From positions 23,462-87,461 of the forward strand of contig JAHLWP010000014.1 of assembly GCA_019057865.1 (NCBI GenBank): a DNA stretch of 64,000 nucleotides. Direction: 5' to 3'. Within the stretch, counting starts at the first letter, position 1, and each line of letters starts with the position of its first letter. This document shows, in pieces, positions 28,928 through 39,300 of the stretch. The position numbers were made by a program, and so were the translations under genes. The stretch is from Promethearchaeota archaeon (GTDB lineage: Archaea; Asgardarchaeota; Lokiarchaeia; Sigyniarchaeales; SOKP01). The notes below the pieces were generated by a model. It made no database searches, was not told the DNA's origin, and worked only from the letters and a program-made list of their open reading frames with translations.

Positions 28928-31900
28928 TTGATTTTTATGGATGAAGATAATAATGAAGAGTTCGATGAGAACGGATTTGATCCCACAAAAGAAGCTTTTT
29001 TTACTGATTTAATGGAAATGGAAGACGAACTCGCCTCAGAAGCATATGAATTAGTTGAACATGCTTTAAATTTGATTGCTTCAAAATATTATGATGATGG
29101 CATTGAAACTTTACGGCAAGCAATTGGATTATATAGTCAAATTAATAGAGAAGAAGAAGTTAAGGCAATTAATGAAAAAATATCTGAAATTTATATCCTA
29201 AAAGAACGAGAATTTCGAGATATTGAAGCTAAACCTGAAGAAGAAATTGCTGAATTAGAAATATCGAAATTTACAGAAGAATTTGCGGTTTCTGATATAT
29301 CAAAAGAAATTGAAAAAGAACAAGTTGAAGTGGATAGATCGGGTGAAGCGGAAAGCGTAATATCAGAAGCACAAGAGTTAGTAAAAATGGAAGATTTTGA
29401 AGGTGCTCTTGATAAATATGATGAAGCTATTAACATATTTGAAGAAATGAATATACCAGATCAAGTCGAGAGAGTGTATAAATTAATTGAAGATTGTTAT
29501 AATAAGAAGGCAGAATTTCTGCGAAGAATTAAAAAAGAAGTGGTTGTAGAAGAAACAAAAACTGAAGTAGAAGAAGTTCCTAAAATGGAGGAAATACAAA
29601 AAGAAGCAAAGATTACGTCTTATCTCGAGTCTAAAAAGCGTGAGGAGGAACTCTCAACTCGGGCTTATGATCTACTAGGACAAGGTGCTGAACTAGCTAA
29701 AAGTCGCCAATATGATAAAGCCTTAGAATTATTTGAAGAAGGGGCTAATTTATTTAATGAATTAAACTGGAATTATGAAGTAAAGAAAGTTCGAGCTACT
29801 ATTACCCAATTAGAAGAAGAAAAAGATTTATATTTAAAAGAGCTTGATAGAATTAAATTAGAAAGAGAAAAGGAATTTAAATTAAAAGTAAAACAAGAAG
29901 TACTTTTAGAAAAGCATGTTAAAGAAATAGAGAAACAAAAAGCAATTACAAAGATGGAAAAAGTAAAAGAACTTGAATTGCAAAAAATGGAAGATGAATA
30001 TTTTCAAGTCCAAATTGCTAATATGGTTAATGAAGCAGATAAGATAGCAAGAGAATATGAATTAGACATGAAAAAAGCAATAAAGGAAGGATCTATTATT
30101 GAAACGTCCTCTTATCATGAAGTTATTCAATTATATGAGAAAGTTCGAAATTTATTAATTGAAAAGGGTTGGAAAGACCAAGTACCAATTTACACTAATC
30201 AAATTAATATATATTATGAAAAGTTAGAAAAATATAACAAATTAAAGCAAATTGAAGCACAAAAATTAGAAAAACAAAAAGCTATTGAAGAAATGCATAA
30301 AATTAAAGAAGAGGACACACAAATAGCTTATGATGCTGAAAAAATGAAAATACTTGAGGAAACAAAAAAGAAAGAAATGGAAGTCCAAATTTTCATAAAA
30401 CAAATCGATGAAATGGTTAATAGCGTAGAGAGATTGGCAAGAGAATATGAAGTAGCCTTAAGGAAGGGTCAATTCGAAAGAAGTTGTCCTTATCCTAAAA
30501 TCATTAACACTTATGAGAAAATAAGAAATATGTTATTAGAAAGAGGATTGAAAGATGACGCTGCTATTTATACAACTCAAATTCAAGCATACAAGGAAAA
30601 GTTAGTAAAAGATAAGAGATTACGCGAAATAGAGGCTCAAAAAATTGAAAAACAAAAAGAAATCGAAGAAATGCATAAGGTTGGAAAAGAAGTTAAACCT
30701 ATAAAGATCGAAAAAGGTAAAATGGTTGAAGAACAGAAATTTGAAGAATTTATAACAGAAATGGTCAATAAAGCAGAAAAATTAGCCAGAGATTATGAAA
30801 TTGCATTGAAAAAAGCTAAAAATAAGGTGGAAATAATAGAAAATAATCCATACCTCCAAGTTATTGAAATATACAGAGAGATTAGAGAAAAGCTATACGC
30901 TAGAGGTTGGAAGGACCAGGCAGAGATATATACTAATCAAATCAAAATTTATCAAGAAAAATTAGAAAAAGATAAAAAATTACTTGAGATTGAATTCCAG
31001 AAATTAGAAAAGGAGAAAGAATTAGAGGAATTTTATAAAGTTCAAAAAATAGAAAAAGAAAGACCTCCAACAGAAAAAGATTTAAAGGCTATTGAAAAGA
31101 AAAAGGAAGAAGAGGAATTTGAGAAACATTTAGCCGATATGGTTAATAAAGCAGAAAGACTTGCTCGAGACTTCGAAATTGCTATGAAAAAAGCTATGAG
31201 GGATGGAAAAATAATTGAAACGACCCCTTATCCTGAAGTTATTGATATTTATAAACAGATTAGGGAAAATGTTTATGCAAGAGGATGGAGAGAGCAAGCA
31301 GAGATATATGCCAATCAAATAAAAATATATCAAGAAAAATTGAATAAAGTTGAGAAATTACGTGAAATTGAAGCTAAAAAAATAGAAAAACGGAAAGAAA
31401 TCGAGGAAATGCATAAAGTTGAAACAAAAATTAAATCAATTAAACCCAAAAAAATAAAAAAAGAAGATCGAAAGGAAGACCTGCTGCTAGATAAAGCGAT
31501 GAAACTAATTGATAAAGCAGAAAAAATGGCAAGAAACTATGAAATAAAATTGAAAGTTGATATTTTAAGTTATGATAGTCCCTATGAAACTGTTATATCT
31601 TATTATGATGAGGCCAGAAAAATATTCCATAAAATTGGTTGGAAAGATGAAGCCCGTCGATTAATAAATACAATTAAATTTTATACAGAGAAAAAGGAAA
31701 AGGATGAAAAATTAAGAATTTTTGAGCAAAGGAAGTTAAAAGAGGCAGAGTTAGAAGTAGTGGCTGTTAAACCAGAATCTGAAGAAGAAATACTTGTTAG
31801 ACATAAAAAGATAATAGAATATGAAAAGAAAAAACAAGAAAAAACCCATAACGCTGATGAAATATTTCAAATGATTAATGATGCTGAAAGGATGGCACAG

Positions 31901-33454
31901 GAATATGAAGTAAATATAAAAGAAGGGATTCTTAAGCACGAATGCCCTTATAGTAAGATCATTGAAGTCTACCGAGATGCGAAAAAGGGCTTTGAAAATA
32001 TAGGATGGACTGAAGAAGCAAGTAAGTTAGTAAGTTCAATTAATTTTTATAAGGAAAAATTGGAAAAAGATATAAAATTACGAGCTCTAGAAACTTCAAA
32101 AGTCAGAAGAAGAGAGGAAGAGATATTGCAACAACAAAAATTAATTGAAAAATCTCGATTAGAACAACTTAGATTACAAAAACAAAAACACAAATCTCTA
32201 TTATTACAAAGAACTCAAGAATCCGAATTTGAAAAAGAAAAGAATAAAGCTTTTGATTTAATGGATCGTGCAAAAGCAGAATTAAAACAAAATAATTTTG
32301 AAAAAGCAATTGAATTATACAAGGAAAGTGAAAAGATATTTTCTAATATAAAATGGAAAGAAGGTATTACCATGGTTCGGGGCACTATAACACTAATTAA
32401 AAGTAAGAAAGAAAAGTTTGAAGTCAAATTAAAAACAATCAAAGAAAGGGAAGTTAAACAGTTGGAGTTAGAAGAAAAATTAGAAGAAAAATTAGCCGAA
32501 GCTCAAGAGTTAAGGAAATTTCACCAAAAACAAAAGAAAAAAGAATTTCTGAAAATCCAAATGCAAAAAGAATGGGAAAAAGAGATTTCAGAAGAAGCAT
32601 ATCAAATTTTAGAACAAGGAACAGCATTATTAGAGCGTAAAAAGTTTGATGATGCTTATGAGAAATATATTAAAGCCAGAGAACTGTTTAATAAAATATC
32701 CTGGCAAAGGGAAGTTTCTCGTATTAACAACGAACTTTTATTCAAATTGCAAAGAGAGCGGAAGAAATCTGAGATTTTAAAGGACATAGGTAAGAAAAAA
32801 GCTGAAGAAAAAGAGAAAATAGAACAAATGATGATTGAAGCACTAAAAGAAAGGAAAGAAATTGAAAAAAGAAAGAAAAAGGAGAAATTTAAAGAACTAG
32901 AAAAAGAGAGGATTGAAGATATTTTTAAAGAAGTAGAGAGAGCAAAAAAACTCATTGAAGGTTTCAATTATAATCAAGCTGTTCAAATACTTAAGAAAGA
33001 GATAAAAAGGATGAAGAAGAGAAAAAAACTTGAAGAGGCTTCAGAAATCGAAGAATTAATCAATAGTGTAATACTCCAATCGCAGGTCCCTTTAATCACC
33101 TTAGAAGAACTTGATGATAATGAAAACTTAAAAAAATTCAAGTTAGCATACGAAGCATTAGACAGAGCACAACTAGCCATATCAGATAATCGGTATATGA
33201 AGACAGTTTCAGAATTACGTGAAGCTCTCTATAATTTAAAAGAAACCAAGATTGGAGCAAAATATCTCAATGATATAAAAGCCAAAATAAAAGAATTTGA
33301 AGAAAAACTTGGAAAAAAACCTCCTGAAGCTAAACCTGAAAAGGAAGCAGTAATTTTAGAAAGTGAAATGGAAGACTTAAAAGCAAGAATTGCAAAAAGA
33401 AGAGAAGAAAGGAAGAAAAAAGTCCTTGAATTATTAAAAAAGGGAAAAGAATAG
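28928..33454 (+). CDS. Large charged coiled-coil protein with TPR-like helical repeats
   Basis: About six ~120-aa units (M.NKAE.LAR.YE...PY..VI.IY....L..GW...A.IY..QI..Y.EKL) plus TPR-like segments; likely start is ATG 28937. Confidence 0.85.
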   Translation: MIFMDEDNNEEFDENGFDPTKEAFFTDLMEMEDELASEAYELVEHALNLIASKYYDDGIETLRQAIGLYSQINREEEVKAINEKISEIYILKEREFRDIEAKPEEEIAELEISKFTEEFAVSDISKEIEKEQVEVDRSGEAESVISEAQELVKMEDFEGALDKYDEAINIFEEMNIPDQVERVYKLIEDCYNKKAEFLRRIKKEVVVEETKTEVEEVPKMEEIQKEAKITSYLESKKREEELSTRAYDLLGQGAELAKSRQYDKALELFEEGANLFNELNWNYEVKKVRATITQLEEEKDLYLKELDRIKLEREKEFKLKVKQEVLLEKHVKEIEKQKAITKMEKVKELELQKMEDEYFQVQIANMVNEADKIAREYELDMKKAIKEGSIIETSSYHEVIQLYEKVRNLLIEKGWKDQVPIYTNQINIYYEKLEKYNKLKQIEAQKLEKQKAIEEMHKIKEEDTQIAYDAEKMKILEETKKKEMEVQIFIKQIDEMVNSVERLAREYEVALRKGQFERSCPYPKIINTYEKIRNMLLERGLKDDAAIYTTQIQAYKEKLVKDKRLREIEAQKIEKQKEIEEMHKVGKEVKPIKIEKGKMVEEQKFEEFITEMVNKAEKLARDYEIALKKAKNKVEIIENNPYLQVIEIYREIREKLYARGWKDQAEIYTNQIKIYQEKLEKDKKLLEIEFQKLEKEKELEEFYKVQKIEKERPPTEKDLKAIEKKKEEEEFEKHLADMVNKAERLARDFEIAMKKAMRDGKIIETTPYPEVIDIYKQIRENVYARGWREQAEIYANQIKIYQEKLNKVEKLREIEAKKIEKRKEIEEMHKVETKIKSIKPKKIKKEDRKEDLLLDKAMKLIDKAEKMARNYEIKLKVDILSYDSPYETVISYYDEARKIFHKIGWKDEARRLINTIKFYTEKKEKDEKLRIFEQRKLKEAELEVVAVKPESEEEILVRHKKIIEYEKKKQEKTHNADEIFQMINDAERMAQEYEVNIKEGILKHECPYSKIIEVYRDAKKGFENIGWTEEASKLVSSINFYKEKLEKDIKLRALETSKVRRREEEILQQQKLIEKSRLEQLRLQKQKHKSLLLQRTQESEFEKEKNKAFDLMDRAKAELKQNNFEKAIELYKESEKIFSNIKWKEGITMVRGTITLIKSKKEKFEVKLKTIKEREVKQLELEEKLEEKLAEAQELRKFHQKQKKKEFLKIQMQKEWEKEISEEAYQILEQGTALLERKKFDDAYEKYIKARELFNKISWQREVSRINNELLFKLQRERKKSEILKDIGKKKAEEKEKIEQMMIEALKERKEIEKRKKKEKFKELEKERIEDIFKEVERAKKLIEGFNYNQAVQILKKEIKRMKKRKKLEEASEIEELINSVILQSQVPLITLEELDDNENLKKFKLAYEALDRAQLAISDNRYMKTVSELREALYNLKETKIGAKYLNDIKAKIKEFEEKLGKKPPEAKPEKEAVILESEMEDLKARIAKRREERKKKVLELLKKGKE

Positions 33455-33516
33455 CTTTATCTAATTTTTATTTACTAAAATATCTAAAAAATTAAGAGAA
33501 AAATAAAAAAATAAGT

Positions 33517-33738
33517 TTATATTAATAATTTTTCTTGAATCTCATTTTCAACGGATTCTTCAATAATCATTGGTGAAATATTTCTACTAACAGATTCCTC
33601 AAGCAAATATTCTGTTTTTATTAAGTCCCTTATAGCCACGCGTATTGCTTCACTTCTATTCGGAAATTTCTGTTCCGCTACTAAAATTTCTAACACCTTT
33701 AAATACGTTTCAGGTATGTTTACTGAAATTAATTTCAT
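33517..33738 (-). CDS. Ribbon-helix-helix (CopG/MetJ-like) regulator
   Basis: LISVNIPE.YL..LE.LV....FPNRSEAIR.AIRDL. Confidence 0.9.
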   Translation of the reverse strand: MKLISVNIPETYLKVLEILVAEQKFPNRSEAIRVAIRDLIKTEYLLEESVSRNISPMIIEESVENEIQEKLLI

Positions 33739-33983
33739 TAAAATAATCTCCTATTCTTTTATTTACAAGATAATAATGATTTGTATATATACAGATATGA
33801 TGGAGGTGATATTTAAAGCTATTGTGGAAATTAACCCCAAGAAACCCGACAAAATCTCTAAAGTGATTTTAATTGCTTTTAAGGTTAAGATTCTGGAACT
33901 TAACAATAGATGTGGAATAAAAATTTAACAGAAAGAACTTTGATTAATATTCAAAATTGAAAAAATATTTATATATGGTATTA

Positions 33984-34001
33984 TATGTAACGTTTTACAT
34001 A
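33984..34001. promoter_or_regulatory. Palindromic candidate operator next to a TATA-like box
   Basis: TATGTAA-cgtt-TTACATA just downstream of TTTATATA (33968-33975) in the divergent intergenic region. Confidence 0.4.
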
Positions 34002-34054
34002 AAAAAAATAAAAGAAATTGTAAAATAAATAATAAAAACCAGAATTGATTCAAT

Positions 34055-34375
34055 ATGTCTGATATAGAAAACCAATTGAAAGATCATTTAAAAAATAGTA
34101 AAGATTGGGAAAAGATGGATACTCCTATTCAAGGAATTAGTGTTGTTAAAGTTCCTGCAACAAAGACCAGACCTGCATTACTATTCTTAGAGATTAATCC
34201 TTTAAAAGAAGATGGCAGCCCTATGAAACGAAAAGGTTTATTTGTAGGAAGCAAGGAAATGCTTATTAAATTTAGCGAAGCTTTAAATGATGATAAGACA
34301 TTTCAATTAATCCAAGAACTTGAGCGGGTTAATCCAAAAGAAACCAAGAATAGCATTAAGAAATTAGAGATGTAA
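34055..34375 (+). CDS. Conserved-looking hypothetical protein
   Basis: Clean 106-aa ORF with globular composition. Confidence 0.75.
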   Translation: MSDIENQLKDHLKNSKDWEKMDTPIQGISVVKVPATKTRPALLFLEINPLKEDGSPMKRKGLFVGSKEMLIKFSEALNDDKTFQLIQELERVNPKETKNSIKKLEM

Positions 34376-34624
34376 ATTTTCTATTATTTTTTTAATTTTT
34401 TCCTATTTCTATATATAAATAGAGTAAATAGTAATTATAAATTTAAATTTAAAAAGGTTTAATTTTTATTTATATCTTCTTTTTTCCATCAGTGAAAGAG
34501 TATTTCTTTCTCTCACTTATATATAATTAAATTTATGAAATAATTTTTTTAAGTTTATATATTTGAAAACTTTCTCATAACTTTTTTCTTTTAAATATAT
34601 TCACTACCAATTTTTGATAATAAT

Positions 34625-35185
34625 TTGATTTTTTTTTTTAAAAAGAATGATAATAAAAAAGTTATGATTATGAGAATGGATATAAAACTAAGAATTAAGG
34701 ATGCCTTTAAAGGTGATTTCGGGAAGGGTATTGCTCGAATTGATCCAAAAATAGTTTCAGAGAGTAATATCAATGTTAGTGATACCATTTGCATTTATAA
34801 TGATTCTACAAAAAAAAGAACGGCTGCTATGGTGTTACCCAGTGTTATTAAAGATAATGGTACAAATATAATTAGAATTGACGCATTATTAAGGAGAAAT
34901 CTAAGTGCATCTCTAGAAGATATCGTAAGGACGAAAAAAACAAAAAATCATCTTGCTCAACAAGTTTCTTTTGCAGGATATAAAAAAGGAATAATTCTAA
35001 AAAATCCAATTGGTTTAGTAAAAAACTTAGAAGATCGAGTAGTTTCAAAAGGAGACATTTTTACTTTTCAGTGTGGAAGTAATAAAATTGATTTAATAGT
35101 TATAAATCATACACCACAAACTGAAGTAGTGAAAATCCATAATGGAACTAATATTTTCTGCCAAAAACAGGCATATTATCTTTAA
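34625..35185 (+). CDS. Stand-alone Cdc48/VCP N-terminal domain protein
   Basis: DA...D.GKGIARIDP, IRID...R.N and AQ.V motifs of Cdc48_N/Cdc48_2; no AAA domain; probable ATG start at ~34663-34675. Confidence 0.8.
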   Translation: MIFFFKKNDNKKVMIMRMDIKLRIKDAFKGDFGKGIARIDPKIVSESNINVSDTICIYNDSTKKRTAAMVLPSVIKDNGTNIIRIDALLRRNLSASLEDIVRTKKTKNHLAQQVSFAGYKKGIILKNPIGLVKNLEDRVVSKGDIFTFQCGSNKIDLIVINHTPQTEVVKIHNGTNIFCQKQAYYL

Positions 35186-35188
35186 TTT

Positions 35189-36295
35189 GTGAGGGGCAAA
35201 ATGATGATGTCATTAAAAAGTAAAGAATTTCAAGTAAATCGATATATCACACTAAGACTAGAAAATGAAGAAACTGTTGTATATGTTAATGATGAGAAAT
35301 TTATCCAATGTAAATATCTATTATTAAATATTCCTAAAGAAAAAATTGAAGAATATGAGAATATAGAATCTATTGATGAAGTAGCAGAGAATTTGGATAA
35401 ATCGTTAGAATATGAAAATATGATAAATTTTTATTTTCCTCCTGAACTCGAATTTTGGGGACATTGTTCAAATTTGCAAGTATGGGTGGAGAATGATTAT
35501 AATTCCTGCTTACTTCATAGAAATTTAGCATTTCCCTTATTAAAAAAGTTGACGGAATTAGGGGATCCTTTAGCTAGAATTGTTTTCAAAGAAGAGATCG
35601 CTAAAAGGTTCTCTAGTGGCTTTCAATCTGTAATAACTTATTTAGTCGAAGAAAATTATTTGTATTATTTAAATCCAGAGGAGATCAATTGCTTATTAGA
35701 AGATTATAGAGATTCCCTTGGTGACTCATACTGTCAATATATACTTAGAAAAGCAGCAAGATATTGGTCTTTTAAAGGATTGGATTATTTTAGGAATAAT
35801 AAATATAATAAGGCGATAAAATTTTTCAAGCAATCACTTCAACTCTCTCCAAATGATGTAAAGACATTGAATAATCTTGGAGATGTATTAAGAGATAAGG
35901 GAAATATTGATAAATCAATTGAAATCTATAATAAAGCTATTAAAATAGATAGATACTACTCAAAGGGGTATATTAATTTATCAAGAGCCTACATTCAAAA
36001 AGGTGATTATGATAAATCAATTAATATCTGCAATTTAGCTTTAAACATCAATCTAAATCTAGTTGAATTAGAGTCTATATGCTATTATCTATGTGAGTCT
36101 TATTATTATAAAGGTAAATTCAAAGAAGTGAGAAAAGCACGCAGGAAGATCAAAAAAATAAATAGAAAAATAAGAAAAGAGATGAAATTAGGGCTTACTT
36201 GGTACAATAGAATAGATTATATCCCTGAGATAGTAGGTCTCATACTTTTGAGTTTTTCAAGTTTTGTATTTTTCTTACTTTCATTTTTTATTTAA
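35189..36295 (+). CDS. TPR protein with a Lokiarchaeia-type N-terminal domain and C-terminal TM
   Basis: EF.VN.YITL.LE...FWGHCSNLQ.W.E..Y...LLH..LAFPLLKKL N-domain; about 4 TPRs; hydrophobic tail. Confidence 0.85.
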   Translation: MRGKMMMSLKSKEFQVNRYITLRLENEETVVYVNDEKFIQCKYLLLNIPKEKIEEYENIESIDEVAENLDKSLEYENMINFYFPPELEFWGHCSNLQVWVENDYNSCLLHRNLAFPLLKKLTELGDPLARIVFKEEIAKRFSSGFQSVITYLVEENYLYYLNPEEINCLLEDYRDSLGDSYCQYILRKAARYWSFKGLDYFRNNKYNKAIKFFKQSLQLSPNDVKTLNNLGDVLRDKGNIDKSIEIYNKAIKIDRYYSKGYINLSRAYIQKGDYDKSINICNLALNINLNLVELESICYYLCESYYYKGKFKEVRKARRKIKKINRKIRKEMKLGLTWYNRIDYIPEIVGLILLSFSSFVFFLLSFFI

Positions 36296-36309
36296 ATATA
36301 TGGAAAAAA

Positions 36310-39300
36310 ATGATAAATAAAAATAATAAAAGAAAGAAGGATGAGAAAATGAGTAATTTTATTCCAAAACAATATCAAAACGATGCTAAAATTATTGGAG
36401 AGCAAGAAAATTCTCATGATTATTTAGATATTTGGGATGTGAATCCTTCATATAAGGATATTAATTCGAGATTTTCCATACTTAAAGGAATATCATTAAC
36501 AATTATTCTTTTTTTTTTAGCTATTTTAACATATCAATTAACTACTAATATTTATATTTCAATCGGATTAACAATTTTTACATTGCTCTTTTTCATATTT
36601 TGTTTCTCTGATAATTTCTTTAATCTCAGAAATTTATACTATTATCTATTCCATAAATTTATTTCTATAAATCCTTTTGAGAATTTATCTTTTTGCACAA
36701 TTAGACAGGAACCTACTTTTCTTTTAATTTTAAACAAAAAGGATGCCATATCTACAGCAATGCGAATATTCAAAATTGAAACACTTCCAGAAAATGTTTA
36801 TCCCACGTTGAATCAATTTCTCAAGGCATTAAATAAAGGTCAAATATCATATACATACCAAGTGGTTCAAAGTCCGTATTTAGATTTCTCTGAACCATCC
36901 TCTGAAAATAAATTTCAAGTGGAATCAATTAGATCTCAAAATTTAAGTTCTATTGATTCATTACATACCTCAATTTATTTTTGTGTGTATTATAATATAA
37001 ATGGGATTTTATCTAGCAATAAAATAGATAAACTAATAGAAATTGTTAATGATCTTTCTAATGAGCTCAAATCAAATTTTAGTGCTAACTTTCACCATAC
37101 AAAAATCTCATTATTAGGTGGAATTGATTTAATAAATGCAATAAGAACATTTTTCTGTAAATCATCCATACAACCTGCCGATAAAGAGGCAGATCTTTTT
37201 ATAGCTAAAAGAAATTTGCCAAAAGTATTATTCAAAACAGGTTTTGTGTCTTTTCTTATAATATCTCTCTCATATTTATTATTAAGTCTAATTTTTCCAT
37301 TAGGATTTATAATACTCATTAATTTCCTCTTGGAATTGCTTATAATTTGTATATGGTGGAGAGAAATTCTTTTTTATTTCTCAAAATCGCGTCTATCTCG
37401 TAATTTGGAATTAACTCAAATAAATCCATTTACAGATGTTGAGTTTTATCGATTAAATAAATACAATGATCTAATTTTTACTTATATTGACAACCAATTA
37501 CTATTGGCTTCAAAAATATTTAACCTCAAATTTGCCGCACAGCCAACTTTAACTTATTTTGATAAATTTATTAGGGGAATCGATAAATATAAGATTATTT
37601 TCAATTACAATTTACAAGTTACTCCAATATCTGCTAATCTCTTTTCAAAAGAATGTCTTAAGTTGTTGAATGATAAAACGAAAGAAAGCCTCGAAGGAAT
37701 ACTATATATTACTTTAGATAAAACTTCTTCAAAAAAAGTTAAGCATCCGGAAGTTGAATTTGAAAAATGGTTAGATATGAGATCTGGTGTTTGGAAGACA
37801 ATGTTAACTGTGTCAACCTCTTCCTATTTATTTACAAAAGACTTAACATTTAAGAATTTCATTGAGTTAGAAAAAGAATTATCCACAAATGCAAAAATTT
37901 TGAAAAGAACATTTGAAGATAATTTCTTAAATTTTAAACTTGTTGGATTAAAAAACCAACTCTTAATTTCAGGATTTTTAAGTGAATGTCTTAAAAATCA
38001 TTCCTTTAGATTGAATGGAACTCATTTAAATTATGTATACTTCCAAGGTAAAAGTCTAATAGAGCTTGCGAAGATAGTTAATGAATTTAAAAAAGGAATA
38101 GATACGAGAATTGCTGCTGAATTTAATACTCCTTTACAATTAAAAAATTTTATAACAATTGGAAATACAATCAATACGGAGTTCTTAGATGAAGAGGTCC
38201 CTTTTGGGTTGACTTTTGACCAATTGCAACAATTACTTATAACAAATGGTCTTTCTTACAATCGAGAACATACAAAAATGAAAATTGTGTCTGAGCTTGT
38301 CAAAGCAAATAAATCCTGTATAGTTTTTGATTACTCAGGAAAATGGTCAAAATTAATGAATTTTTTCAAAGACTCTCAATATAATGGAAATATTTTGTAT
38401 TTCAAGTTGGGAAGTTCATTTAGCATCGATCTAAAGCACTCGGGTATGAAATATGATAAAAATAATATTGATTATTTAAATTTATTCTTTGATACGTTTG
38501 CTTTAGCCTTTAAAGCAGAAAAAAGATATGTCGATCTTCTAAAAGACTCTTTTTTAAGACAGGATGAGTTTGATGTATCATCAATTTCCTTAGATCTTGA
38601 AATGAAAAATAAATGGGAAAGAGATTACAAAACTAATAATTTAATAGCAATATTTAGGGATTTTAGAAATCAGAGTCAAATTTTTTCTAATTTAACACTT
38701 GATCATGAGGATGAGATTAATCCAATTGACTTTTTGAGAAATGATAAGTCAATTATAGTCGATCTTTCAATTTTAAAAGACTTAGAGCAAAAAACTTTTG
38801 TCACTTTTATAATTATTTCAAAACTAATTCATTACATCCAAAATTCTACAGATTATTATAAAAAAGTCATTTTCATTCCTAATATTGATATGTTTTTTGA
38901 TTCCTTTTTTATTGATAATAACTATAATACCACAAATTACGGAAAAGTCAGTAAATTTTTAGAACCTTTTCTTGAATGCGGATTTGGATTAATATGCTCA
39001 GCAAATCAGATAAGATATCTTCACCCTCATGTTTTCAGTTTTTTACATAATATCATAACTTTTAGAGCAAATGATACACGAGATATAGCCGTATTGAAAA
39101 ATCAAATGAATTTACAAGAATTACAGGGTACTGGATATTATAGCTCTAAAAGGAATAATACTTATCAAATTAATTATTTAATGAATATGCGTGAAAATGA
39201 AGTAATAATTAAAAGATCAGATATTTATCAACCTTTTCCAGGAGTTGTTGACTTGAACGAACTTAAAGGTATTGAGCCTCTTCAATATGAAAAAATTTTA

